Below, in pieces: positions 1 through 8,761 of a DNA stretch of 64,000 nt (within the stretch, counting starts at the first letter, position 1; every line of letters begins with the position of its first letter). The notes under the pieces are model-generated. The model made no database searches, had not been told where the DNA came from, and worked only from the letters and a program-made list of their open reading frames with translations. The stretch comes from Escherichia phage BUCT632. The DNA is taken from the sequence record PQ488502.1; one strand, given 5' to 3'. The position numbers were made by a program, and so were the translations under genes.

Positions 1-1656
1 GCCCTTCTCATTCAGTTCATCCGGTCCACAGTCAGATACTAGGATAGATTTCTCACCCATCTCTAGAGAAGTCTGAAGTGCAACCCAAATACTGGATTCA
101 TCCGGGAACTCATAAGCATGAGCTTTTGACAGCATCTTACGGTGATGATTATAAAATGCTACTGGTTTATCAAACTCAATCAAAGAACCATACGCTTCAA
201 TTGTTTCTGCACTAATATCCCCATCAGATAATATAATAATTTTTGCAGTTGCAAGAATGTCCCGAAGAACCTGTATACATTCACGACGTTGTTTAACAAC
301 CGGGGCGAATAATAGGTCATTCATTACAGCATCACATTCATCGATAAAGATTACATCAATTTGACCAATAAAACTCTTGAACTTATGCAAAGAGTGAATA
401 GTTGTGGACATACGGTCAATAGCACCACGCTTAAAATTAAGCATATCTACGGACTTATCATATTGTCCTGCACTAAATTTCTTAGCATTTGAAGATACCA
501 GTGCTCGAGTATTGGTAATTGCTAAGAAATTACCTTTAATAACTCCTGAATCTAACCAACGCACAACCGCCGTAGTTTTACCTGTACCTAGACTTGCTTT
601 TACAAAAGTCATATAACCTTCTGGTGGTACAGTATTTAATTTCAAGAAGTTATCAGTTTCTAGAGAATTAGTTTCTAGCTTTTTAAGTGGAATACCTTTT
701 AAAACATCAGGTATATCACGTTTAGAATTATTAACAAATGCTTTCAGAGCCTGTTTACGACCGTTATTAAAGTAATCTTGAATATTACGACTATTATCTT
801 TAGTTGCAATATATTCTGATAAGGCTGGGCGGATTTCTTTTTCTAGCCATGCAAAATCAACACCATCCTCCAAAGCTCTGTGATAGAGTTTAGGTATAAT
901 ACGTAGATACACTCCATCCTCAGCTTCTTCTAGTTCGCTGATAGTTTCCTCTACTTTATCAGAGGCAGCTTTTTTACCCTTAATTTGATCGAGTAAAGAG
1001 TAAAACTCCTCCTTAAACTCACCTCTAGTTGTTTCATAGTCAACCAGATTATTGGGTAAATTTACTTTAGAACCCTTAACAAATACCAGACGTGAAGCAC
1101 CCTCCGCCTTAAACGGATCTACTATACCATCGGTAAATAACGGATCTGCAAAATAGTGGAGCTGTACAGAAGAGTAATAAGCTAAGTCGGCAATATCAAA
1201 GCCATACTTTTGTCTACTACTTTCGTTGATAGATGTAAATAAGAATTTGATTTGACCCTGAGTTACTTTAACATTAGACTCTAGTATTAAGTGCATTCGG
1301 ATACCTGGTTTTAGCCCAGCCGAAGACGATGCATGAGCGATAAACCCTGCATCAAGAGGAAACATATCCTCACTAATACTATTTAACATCCTAATAATAT
1401 GTCGAGCCATGCCAACAAGATCAAACTTGTTACAACCACCTGTATCTACAATACCATCCACGTCCATTGCAATTATATGGCTTGGATTAGATACATTAAA
1501 GTTGCCCTTCTTACGCCGCACATTATTTTTAGGTGCAAGACATCGACCTCGTACCGCAACGATATGAGGGTCAGACGTTAAACGTCTCATAAGAGGAAGC
1601 ATTTCTACTAGGGTTTGAGGATCAACTTCATCAATTACATCAAACTTGAAGGGCAT
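1..1656 (-). CDS. P-loop NTPase, putative replication primase/helicase-like protein (C-terminus beyond window start)
   Basis: Open minus-strand frame from ATG at 1656 to window edge, not in ORF track because no stop in window; Walker A GTGKTT and Walker B IFIDECD seen in translation; RBS-like AAGGT upstream. Confidence 0.55.
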   Translation of the reverse strand, partial: MPFKFDVIDEVDPQTLVEMLPLMRRLTSDPHIVAVRGRCLAPKNNVRRKKGNFNVSNPSHIIAMDVDGIVDTGGCNKFDLVGMARHIIRMLNSISEDMFPLDAGFIAHASSSAGLKPGIRMHLILESNVKVTQGQIKFLFTSINESSRQKYGFDIADLAYYSSVQLHYFADPLFTDGIVDPFKAEGASRLVFVKGSKVNLPNNLVDYETTRGEFKEEFYSLLDQIKGKKAASDKVEETISELEEAEDGVYLRIIPKLYHRALEDGVDFAWLEKEIRPALSEYIATKDNSRNIQDYFNNGRKQALKAFVNNSKRDIPDVLKGIPLKKLETNSLETDNFLKLNTVPPEGYMTFVKASLGTGKTTAVVRWLDSGVIKGNFLAITNTRALVSSNAKKFSAGQYDKSVDMLNFKRGAIDRMSTTIHSLHKFKSFIGQIDVIFIDECDAVMNDLLFAPVVKQRRECIQVLRDILATAKIIILSDGDISAETIEAYGSLIEFDKPVAFYNHHRKMLSKAHAYEFPDESSIWVALQTSLEMGEKSILVSDCGPDELNEKG

Positions 1657-2396
1657 TGAAGCTGGTTTACCTTCAGGATGCTTTGAGGAAAATCTTTTAG
1701 CAAAAAGATAGTCTTCTGCTTTAACTTCTCGCCAATTGCCTGTGGCTAAATCGCGATGAAATCCTGCATGACCTTGTAGGATTGAGAACACAACAATACT
1801 CCTGTGTTGGAAATGAAATAAGTTTTCTTTAGGACTATTCAGAAAGAATAGAACAACTGTTACTGTCAATTTCTCAACAAATTAATTGCAAATACTGAAG
1901 TGGGGTGGCAACTTCCACTTTCACGCTGCGCTGCTGCCTCATTATACCGCACAAATCCTTGAGGATGGCCGCTAAGCCAGATTTGCTCACCTAATGCTTC
2001 ATATACTAGCTCATACTAGATGCAATATAACTTACAGAATCACGTCTCGGTAGTTTTTCACTCCTCCCATCTCACTTCACAACCACCTCATACTAGGTTG
2101 CTTCGAGGCCTTACCAGGGTTCCTATGGGACGCAGATCGCTAAGTATTCTATTAACTATTTGTTTAAAAACTAACACGTAACAGTTAAAACAACCCTTAA
2201 TGGGGCAGCCTAACTGTTCCGTATCGCGGATTGTAAACAAGAAAAATTAGCAAAATCAATTTTTACTAATGTCTCTCAATTCAATATAAATATTATATCA
2301 AGATTTTGGGCATCATGCAAGTAAATTTTTCCCAAAGGTGCTATCAGTGTCTTTGAGCATAGAGAAAACCGAGCCAAAATGACTCGGTTATATGGA

Positions 2397-2591
2397 TTAA
2401 TCATAAAAAAGACCACGAATAGTATTAGCAAATTTAAGTATAATAGCGCGGTTTGAGCTACTTAACTTTTTAATATCGAAAGTGGGATCGGTCAAATATC
2501 TTGCCATAAATTTTACTTGCTTAGCTGAAAGTTGGCCCTTATTCCACTTTTTAATCTTACCATAACATACCCAATATTCTTTATTCATCAT
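2397..2591 (-). CDS. hypothetical protein
   Basis: 64 aa ORF in same-strand operon, start overlaps upstream stop. Confidence 0.4.
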   Translation of the reverse strand: MMNKEYWVCYGKIKKWNKGQLSAKQVKFMARYLTDPTFDIKKLSSSNRAIILKFANTIRGLFYD

Positions 2592-2973
2592 TTAATCCCG
2601 GAACATATATCCCAACACTATTTAATTGTTCTCTAGCTTCTTTGAGAATATCTGGAGTGTACTCCCAAATATCATCTTCCACCTGTAAAAGATGGGGCGA
2701 ACAACCATCATCCGGCACACGACATATGGCCAGACCACGTGGATGGAACAAAGAGAAATTTAGGGCAACAATCAAGCCCATAGCAGACAACTCATTCCAA
2801 TCCAATTCCCATTCCCCGGCGTATCCAGACAGGAAAACGCCAATGCACGGATCATCTGTTTGCTGCTCAGGAAAAGTGAAGGAGGCTTGTCTTACCCCCA
2901 ACCAACGTTGTAGCAGCTTTTCCGCACGCTTCACCAAACTAGGATCAATCTGACGCCAATATACTTGTTCCAT
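2581..2973 (-). CDS. hypothetical protein, paralog of adjacent gene
   Basis: 130 aa; shares PCIG and W-x-EL-x-MGL-x-ALN-x-LF-x-P motif block with 2983..3411 product. Confidence 0.55.
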   Translation of the reverse strand: MEQVYWRQIDPSLVKRAEKLLQRWLGVRQASFTFPEQQTDDPCIGVFLSGYAGEWELDWNELSAMGLIVALNFSLFHPRGLAICRVPDDGCSPHLLQVEDDIWEYTPDILKEAREQLNSVGIYVPGLNDE

Positions 2974-2982
2974 TGTGCCCCC

Positions 2983-3411
2983 TTAGGCAGTTAAACCCGG
3001 AATTTGATAACCAAAACGGCGAAGTTTTTGGATACCATCATTTACTTCTTCCGGTGAGTAAGACCAACCATAACGTTCATTAACCTGGAAACCAGGAGAT
3101 TCACTAGTTTTATAGTTAACAACGAGGCGATGCTTAGCAGGCATAAACAGCTTATAGTTTAACGCAAAAACTAAGCCCATTTCATCTAACTCTTTCCAGC
3201 CTACAATCTCTTCAAGACCCTCCTCTACCTGAACAATTAAACCAATACAGGGAGCCTCATCAATATCATCTTTAAAAGCAAAGGAGATTTCATTATTCTC
3301 ACACCATATTTTCAAGGAGTTAATAGCCTCATTATACAGGCTAGCGGGGAGAGTACGCCAAAAGTTAACTAAAATTGGGTTAGCTTCTTTAGAGAATACA
3401 TTATTGAACAT
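2983..3411 (-). CDS. hypothetical protein, paralog of adjacent gene
   Basis: 142 aa; tandem duplicate of 2581..2973 product (same conserved motif order). Confidence 0.55.
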   Translation of the reverse strand: MFNNVFSKEANPILVNFWRTLPASLYNEAINSLKIWCENNEISFAFKDDIDEAPCIGLIVQVEEGLEEIVGWKELDEMGLVFALNYKLFMPAKHRLVVNYKTSESPGFQVNERYGWSYSPEEVNDGIQKLRRFGYQIPGLTA

Positions 3412-3413
3412 AT

Positions 3414-3926
3414 TTACACCTTAAATTGTTGCAAGGATTTACACATTTCAAGATCTGGGCTAAATTCTAGCATATAGCTAACAGCTTTTAAATCTTGAAG
3501 ATTTATCCCAGTCCTACCATTGACTATAACCGTTGGATACTGATACATCATAGCACCGGCATCATCCAGCACACACCAATGTTTAAGCTTATGCTTTTCC
3601 ACGAAGCGAAGAACAGAATTACCCCTAGATAATCCACCACCAGTAAAATCCGTTGTACCAAGAAAACGATCGATAAGACCTAATCCGGTCATAATCTGAA
3701 CGTTCTCCATCTCATTCCGGACAGAGAACCATGAGGATACCCCAACAATCATTATCGAGGAAGGACGAATAAAATCTTGAAAAGCCTTGAGAAGCGGTTT
3801 GAAAACCCAGTCACTCCCAAAGAAAATCTTTTCATCATCAGGTGCATGATGGTGGGAGATGCTCGAATTGAGCACCCCATCAATGTCCAGAAAAATAATT
3901 GGAGTATTACTTATTTCTTGACACAT
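3414..3926 (-). CDS. HAD-superfamily phosphatase-like protein
   Basis: N-terminal IIFLDIDGVL matches HAD motif I (DxDG[TV]); 170 aa. Confidence 0.55.
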   Translation of the reverse strand: MCQEISNTPIIFLDIDGVLNSSISHHHAPDDEKIFFGSDWVFKPLLKAFQDFIRPSSIMIVGVSSWFSVRNEMENVQIMTGLGLIDRFLGTTDFTGGGLSRGNSVLRFVEKHKLKHWCVLDDAGAMMYQYPTVIVNGRTGINLQDLKAVSYMLEFSPDLEMCKSLQQFKV

Positions 3927-4722
3927 AAGGTCTACCCTCTAAATGAGCTTCTACACGAGCAATAAAATCAGGGTCACTGAAAGCATCTACCGCACCCTTA
4001 CTCCAATAAGGAATACCACGTTCTTCCAGCTGGTACATCTCACTACGAGTCATACCTTGATAGCCTGGCTCTGCTGCTAGGGCACTATCATAGTAGTTAA
4101 CAACCATAAGTTTCGCAGCAGTCAAATTAAGAACAGGAAATAATTCCCAGTAGAAGTTAATTACTTGGTTAGAGCAACCAACCACAACGATCATATCTTG
4201 ACTGGTAATATCATCAAAAACATTGTACATTTCTGCGTATGCAGGAGCATGCTCTCCAAAGAAGATTACATTAGGTTTAACCCATTTATAATCATCTGGA
4301 TCAATAGAATTATATCCTACATCAATAATCCGTTTATTGCTACTATTGTAGCTATCAGATACAACAACCTCTTTTAAATATCCGTGAATGTGCAGAATGT
4401 CACTATGTGGAACGCCAGCACGCTCAATAAGGTCATCAACGTTGGTAGTTAAGTTTACTACTTGACCTGGATATTGTTTATACCATTCACCAATACGCAA
4501 ATGTGCAAGATTGGGTTCAACAGTTTTTAGCTCTTCACGACGCTTGTTGTAAAACATATGGGTTTTATGATAAAAATTACCACGAAAGGCATGAATATTA
4601 CATACTTCTTCTAGATCATAATCATCCCACAATGCTTTACCACTAGCAGTATCAGTACGAAAAGCTCGTACACCACTTTCAACACTCAAACCTGCACCGC
4701 TAATAATAATTAATCTACGCAT
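3907..4722 (-). CDS. Sir2-family NAD-dependent deacylase-like protein
   Basis: Sirtuin motifs GAGLSVESGVRAFR, TTNVDDLIERAG, HIHG; no CxxC zinc ribbon seen. Confidence 0.7.
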   Translation of the reverse strand: MRRLIIISGAGLSVESGVRAFRTDTASGKALWDDYDLEEVCNIHAFRGNFYHKTHMFYNKRREELKTVEPNLAHLRIGEWYKQYPGQVVNLTTNVDDLIERAGVPHSDILHIHGYLKEVVVSDSYNSSNKRIIDVGYNSIDPDDYKWVKPNVIFFGEHAPAYAEMYNVFDDITSQDMIVVVGCSNQVINFYWELFPVLNLTAAKLMVVNYYDSALAAEPGYQGMTRSEMYQLEERGIPYWSKGAVDAFSDPDFIARVEAHLEGRPYVSRNK

Positions 4723-4936
4723 TTTTCACCTGTTCTCTGAAGTTTTGCCCAATACTATCTAACAGCTCAGCTAATTCTTTATTACCTTTCTCCATTAAGG
4801 TATTAGCAATAACTTCTAGCATAGTAGCGCAAGATTCAACACCATCCTTATAGCCAGTTTCCCAGTGCTGCATTAATGCGTTTTCCAAAGCGGCGTTTAA
4901 ACCCTTATCTGGTAGCATCGGCTTCGAGAATGCCAT
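4715..4936 (-). CDS. hypothetical protein
   Basis: 73 aa ORF, overlapping start/stop with neighbours (translational coupling). Confidence 0.45.
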   Translation of the reverse strand: MAFSKPMLPDKGLNAALENALMQHWETGYKDGVESCATMLEVIANTLMEKGNKELAELLDSIGQNFREQVKNA

Positions 4937-5108
4937 AAAGTTTCTCCTCTAGTTCCATAACACGATTTTCATAAGAGGCACGCAACTTTTCAATTGCCAG
5001 CGCACGCACTGTAACCTCATTAGAATTAATAGCTAATTGGGCCAGGTCTTCTGTTTCCATACGTCCGTTGTAAATTAAGCGATATTTAAGATGTTTTACA
5101 TTTTTCAT
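4905..5108 (-). CDS. hypothetical protein
   Basis: 67 aa ORF in operon. Confidence 0.45.
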   Translation of the reverse strand: MKNVKHLKYRLIYNGRMETEDLAQLAINSNEVTVRALAIEKLRASYENRVMELEEKLYGILEADATR

Positions 5109-5317
5109 TCTCGTTCCTCAAACATTTCAATTTCTGCATTAGCAATAGAAAGGGCGGGCTCAGATAAGCACAATCCCATCCTAGGATCGATCTTCCCTTC
5201 GCCAATCCAAGTACTTACTAAACATAATTTAGTTATATCCTCACGGAGAATCGAACCATATGCCCCAGAATCCATAATAAAATAGATACGTTCTTTATCT
5301 ACCTTGTGAACTCTCAT
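5105..5317 (-). CDS. hypothetical protein
   Basis: 70 aa ORF, ATGA overlap with downstream gene. Confidence 0.45.
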   Translation of the reverse strand: MRVHKVDKERIYFIMDSGAYGSILREDITKLCLVSTWIGEGKIDPRMGLCLSEPALSIANAEIEMFEERE

Positions 5318-5375
5318 AGCTTTCTCCTCTCAAATTTATAAATCAATTATACATAAGTTTTAGCTAGAAAGCAAA

Positions 5376-5410
5376 TAAAATAAAAGCCAGGTTGACTAGC
5401 AACCCGGCTG
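5376..5410 (-). terminator. putative rho-independent terminator after nrdD
   Basis: GC-rich imperfect hairpin followed by T-run on minus strand. Confidence 0.4.
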
Positions 5411-5416
5411 ATTAGC

Positions 5417-7291
5417 TTATTTAGCTCGAATATCCTGATGTTTCACTCTGCCCATCACCTCGTGCTGTTTGCCGGGGTTAAATGGACGAGCACCCGGATT
5501 TCCAAGATACCCACAAACTCGACGAGTTACTTCAAGAGTTTCGGGGTCATGATTACCACAGATAGGGCACTTAAATCCATCTTCGGATGCTATTGTTTCA
5601 CCTAAGAATCCGCATTTACCGCAAGAATCCACTGGAGTATTAATACCGAAGTAATGAACTTTACTAGCAGCATAATTAATAACCCATTCCAGTGCATCTG
5701 GGAATCGTTTCATATCCGGTAGTTCTACATAGGAAATGCATCCACCAGAAGCAATCGGAGTAAAGTTAGATTCATAATCAAATTTCACATTAGGAGCAAC
5801 TTTACGTTCCACATCAAGGTGGTGAGAGTTAGTGTAGTATCCTTTGGACAGAATATCTTCATGCTCTGGGAAATATTCACGGTCTAGACGACAAAAACGG
5901 TCACATAGGGATTCTGATGGTGTAGCATACAGGCTATAACCTAATTTAGTTTCTTCCTTCTTCTGATCGACTCTATCCCGCATGTACTGCAATACACGCT
6001 GAACAAACTTGATGCAGGTCTCGGACATTGTGTCTACATCTTTGCCAAACATGAACTGTAGCATTTCATGGCAGCCAATATACCCTAGAGATACAGAAGC
6101 ACGGTTATAGAAATGATCGAATACATACTCATCAGGCCCCAAGCGTAACCCAAAGGCTCCTGACATATAGAGGATGGGTGCAGCTTTAGCTTGAATGTAT
6201 TTTAAGCGATCAACTCTCCACTCCAATGCTTTTAACGCTGTATCCACACGTAGCTCAAGCAAATCAAAGAATAGATCAATATTTCCTTCAGCTTCGATAG
6301 CAATTCTAGGCAAGTTTACAGAAACAACACCTAAGTTATTACGACCAGCAGTTTCACCATCTTCTGTAGCAGCTAGGAATGAACGACAGCCCATAGAAAC
6401 TTTGTAGTCTCCAGTAACTTCTACAACTTTGTCATAGCTGATATAATCGGGATACATACGTTCAGCAGTACATTTCATAGCTAACTTCTTGATGTCATAA
6501 TTAACATCTCCTGGCTTCATATTTACGCCATCACGAAGTACAAATACCAGTTTCGGGAAGATAGCTGTACGTTTATTGATACCTAAACCATCCATGCGTA
6601 CTTTCAGTATTGCTTTCTGTACTAGACGTGCTTCCCAAGAAGTTCCTAGACCAAAACCAAAGGTAATAAATGGACTCTGACCGTTAGAGTTGAACATGGT
6701 ATTGATTTCATATTCTAAACCCTGACAAGCGTCATAGACTTCCTTTTCAGTCATCTCCGTAGCCATTACGGATGCTTTGGCTTCATCCTTAGTCCAACGT
6801 TTTGCAAACGCATGATTTTTGTCATATGATTTACGAACATAAGGGGCTAATACTTCATCAAGGCGGTCTACAGAAGTACCACCATACTGATGGGAGCTAA
6901 CCTGAGTGATAATCTGAGCAGTAATAGCCGCCGCAGTAGTGATAGAGTTTGGAGTGCTAATTTCAGCATTACCAACCTTCATACCATTCTTCAACATATC
7001 TTCCAGGGCTACCAGACAACAGTTAGTCATGCCTAATGCAGCATAATCAGCATCATGGAAATGAATATCCCCAATCATATGAGCATTTCGAATCTGAATT
7101 GGCATTTCTTCTAGAATTAGATACTTACTCAATTCACCTGCAAGCATATCCCTTTGTGTAGGGAAACGTTCTGAGGGTTTATTGGCATTATTAAACAGCA
7201 GCTCTTCATCTGCTGACCCTTCGATAATCTCTTTGCAGTTTCTAATTAGCGCCTGCATTTCTTTATACTTTAGTTCTTCATTGCGATTCAT
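5417..7291 (-). CDS. nrdD: anaerobic ribonucleoside-triphosphate reductase (class III RNR)
   Basis: 624 aa; C-terminal Cys cluster CGKCG...CPICG and glycyl-radical motif RVCGYLG. Confidence 0.85.
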   Translation of the reverse strand: MNRNEELKYKEMQALIRNCKEIIEGSADEELLFNNANKPSERFPTQRDMLAGELSKYLILEEMPIQIRNAHMIGDIHFHDADYAALGMTNCCLVALEDMLKNGMKVGNAEISTPNSITTAAAITAQIITQVSSHQYGGTSVDRLDEVLAPYVRKSYDKNHAFAKRWTKDEAKASVMATEMTEKEVYDACQGLEYEINTMFNSNGQSPFITFGFGLGTSWEARLVQKAILKVRMDGLGINKRTAIFPKLVFVLRDGVNMKPGDVNYDIKKLAMKCTAERMYPDYISYDKVVEVTGDYKVSMGCRSFLAATEDGETAGRNNLGVVSVNLPRIAIEAEGNIDLFFDLLELRVDTALKALEWRVDRLKYIQAKAAPILYMSGAFGLRLGPDEYVFDHFYNRASVSLGYIGCHEMLQFMFGKDVDTMSETCIKFVQRVLQYMRDRVDQKKEETKLGYSLYATPSESLCDRFCRLDREYFPEHEDILSKGYYTNSHHLDVERKVAPNVKFDYESNFTPIASGGCISYVELPDMKRFPDALEWVINYAASKVHYFGINTPVDSCGKCGFLGETIASEDGFKCPICGNHDPETLEVTRRVCGYLGNPGARPFNPGKQHEVMGRVKHQDIRAK

Positions 7292-7400
7292 TATACTCTC
7301 CTTCTCTAACTAAGACTACTATTATAACTCATTCGAGGGCGGATGTCAACAATATTTTACTATAAAGTTCTGTAACATGATCTGAGTCAAAAAATTTTAT

Positions 7401-7429
7401 TTGCCAACCTCTATTAAAAATTGTATAAT
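7401..7429 (+). promoter_or_regulatory. sigma70-type promoter (TTGCCA-17-TATAAT)
   Basis: A/T-rich upstream tract, -35/-10 hexamers with 17 bp spacer. Confidence 0.5.
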
Positions 7430-7541
7430 CACGCGCCTATGTACGCGGTATAAAATGATTATCTAGTATCACACATCTCCCGTTAAAAGCAAGCAAATTT
7501 TTTATTTAAATGCAATATCATAGGCTTATTTAAAATTGTAG

Positions 7542-7570
7542 TTGCTTTTTACTGTATATATTGGTATAAT
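7542..7570 (+). promoter_or_regulatory. sigma70-type promoter (TTGCTT-17-TATAAT)
   Basis: consensus hexamers upstream of phoH. Confidence 0.5.
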
Positions 7571-7643
7571 ATATTTGTAAGTTGATAAACAAGATCTTTT
7601 TGTTGATCCTCTGTTAGCGAAGTACACTATAGGAGTGTTATTT

Positions 7644-8396
7644 ATGGGAAAAGCACGTCAAAAAAGAGAGAACCGCAATGGTTCAAGAAAGCGTGGCAAC
7701 AAATATGAGAACAACGTAATTCAAGCTGATTTTTCTAATGATTACGCTAACCCAGTTGCTAAATCCCTAGTAGGTAAAAACCGCGAGCAAAAATCATATA
7801 TTAATATGATCAAGAACAACACAGTGACTGTGGGTATCGGTGAGCCAGGTACTGGTAAAACCTTTATTCCGTCCGTTCTTGCAGCTCAGGAACTCGTAGA
7901 CATTCACTCAGATATTGAGCAAGTGATTCTCGTACGTCCTAATGAACCTCTAGGTAAGTCTCTTGGTATGCTTCCTGGTGATCTAGCAGAAAAGCTAGAA
8001 CCTTGGTTAGAGCCAATAGCTGATGGTATGAAATGGGCCATCGGCGATCATGCCTATAAGGGATATGTCGAACGTCAGAAAATTAAATTTTTGGCTATCG
8101 AACATGCTCGTGGCAGAACTTTCAACAACTCCTATGTAATTGTCGATGAAGCTCAGAATATTTCCGTTGAGGCAATGATTTGTCTCCTAACTCGTGTAGG
8201 ACAAGACTGCCGTTTAATTATCTGCGGAGATATAGCTCAGAAAGACATTAAAGGTGACTCAGGTCTAGCACTCCTTATGGAAGTCTATGAAAAATACGAA
8301 AATGCCCCATTCTCAATGATCGAATTGATTGATAACGTTCGTTCTGTTGAGTCTAAAGCATTCTATGATATTTTTAAAGACATGGGGAAGGTGTAA
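7644..8396 (+). CDS. phoH: PhoH-like ATPase
   Basis: Walker A GEPGTGKTF, PhoH-like motif order; start moved to ATG 8 nt after AGGAG. Confidence 0.8.
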   Translation: MGKARQKRENRNGSRKRGNKYENNVIQADFSNDYANPVAKSLVGKNREQKSYINMIKNNTVTVGIGEPGTGKTFIPSVLAAQELVDIHSDIEQVILVRPNEPLGKSLGMLPGDLAEKLEPWLEPIADGMKWAIGDHAYKGYVERQKIKFLAIEHARGRTFNNSYVIVDEAQNISVEAMICLLTRVGQDCRLIICGDIAQKDIKGDSGLALLMEVYEKYENAPFSMIELIDNVRSVESKAFYDIFKDMGKV

Positions 8397-8397
8397 T

Positions 8398-8619
8398 ATG
8401 GGAAACGTCGTTCATCTGAGCCGTAAAACTAAAATACATCGTACTTCACTGAGTGCTGCTAATATGATTACACGTAAGGAAGGGGAAGAAAGTCCTAAGA
8501 CAACCCTAGCGTGGAAAATTGTAACCTCAAATCCAAATAAACCATTCAATTATAACGAGCTGAGCACCTCCATAGATATTCTATTAAAAGAAGTAGCTAG
8601 AGCTAAAGTAATTGAATAA
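8398..8619 (+). CDS. hypothetical protein
   Basis: ORF starting MGNVVHL overlapping phoH stop. Confidence 0.45.
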   Translation: MGNVVHLSRKTKIHRTSLSAANMITRKEGEESPKTTLAWKIVTSNPNKPFNYNELSTSIDILLKEVARAKVIE

Positions 8620-8761
8620 GCTAAAAAGCTAGACTGGTAATATACAGGGCCTGGGTATGAAAATACTCGGGCCTTTTCTATCAGAAAATTTTATTTGCCT
8701 AATGACCGATAATAAAGTAGAATATTCCTTAAATCCTGATAACTATAAAAAGGAAAGCCAA

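Noticed and set aside
404-1581. Plus-strand ORFs 404..616 and 1399..1581 from the ORF track
   Set aside because: Both lie inside the long minus-strand P-loop protein frame (1..1656) and lack start context; treated as spurious.
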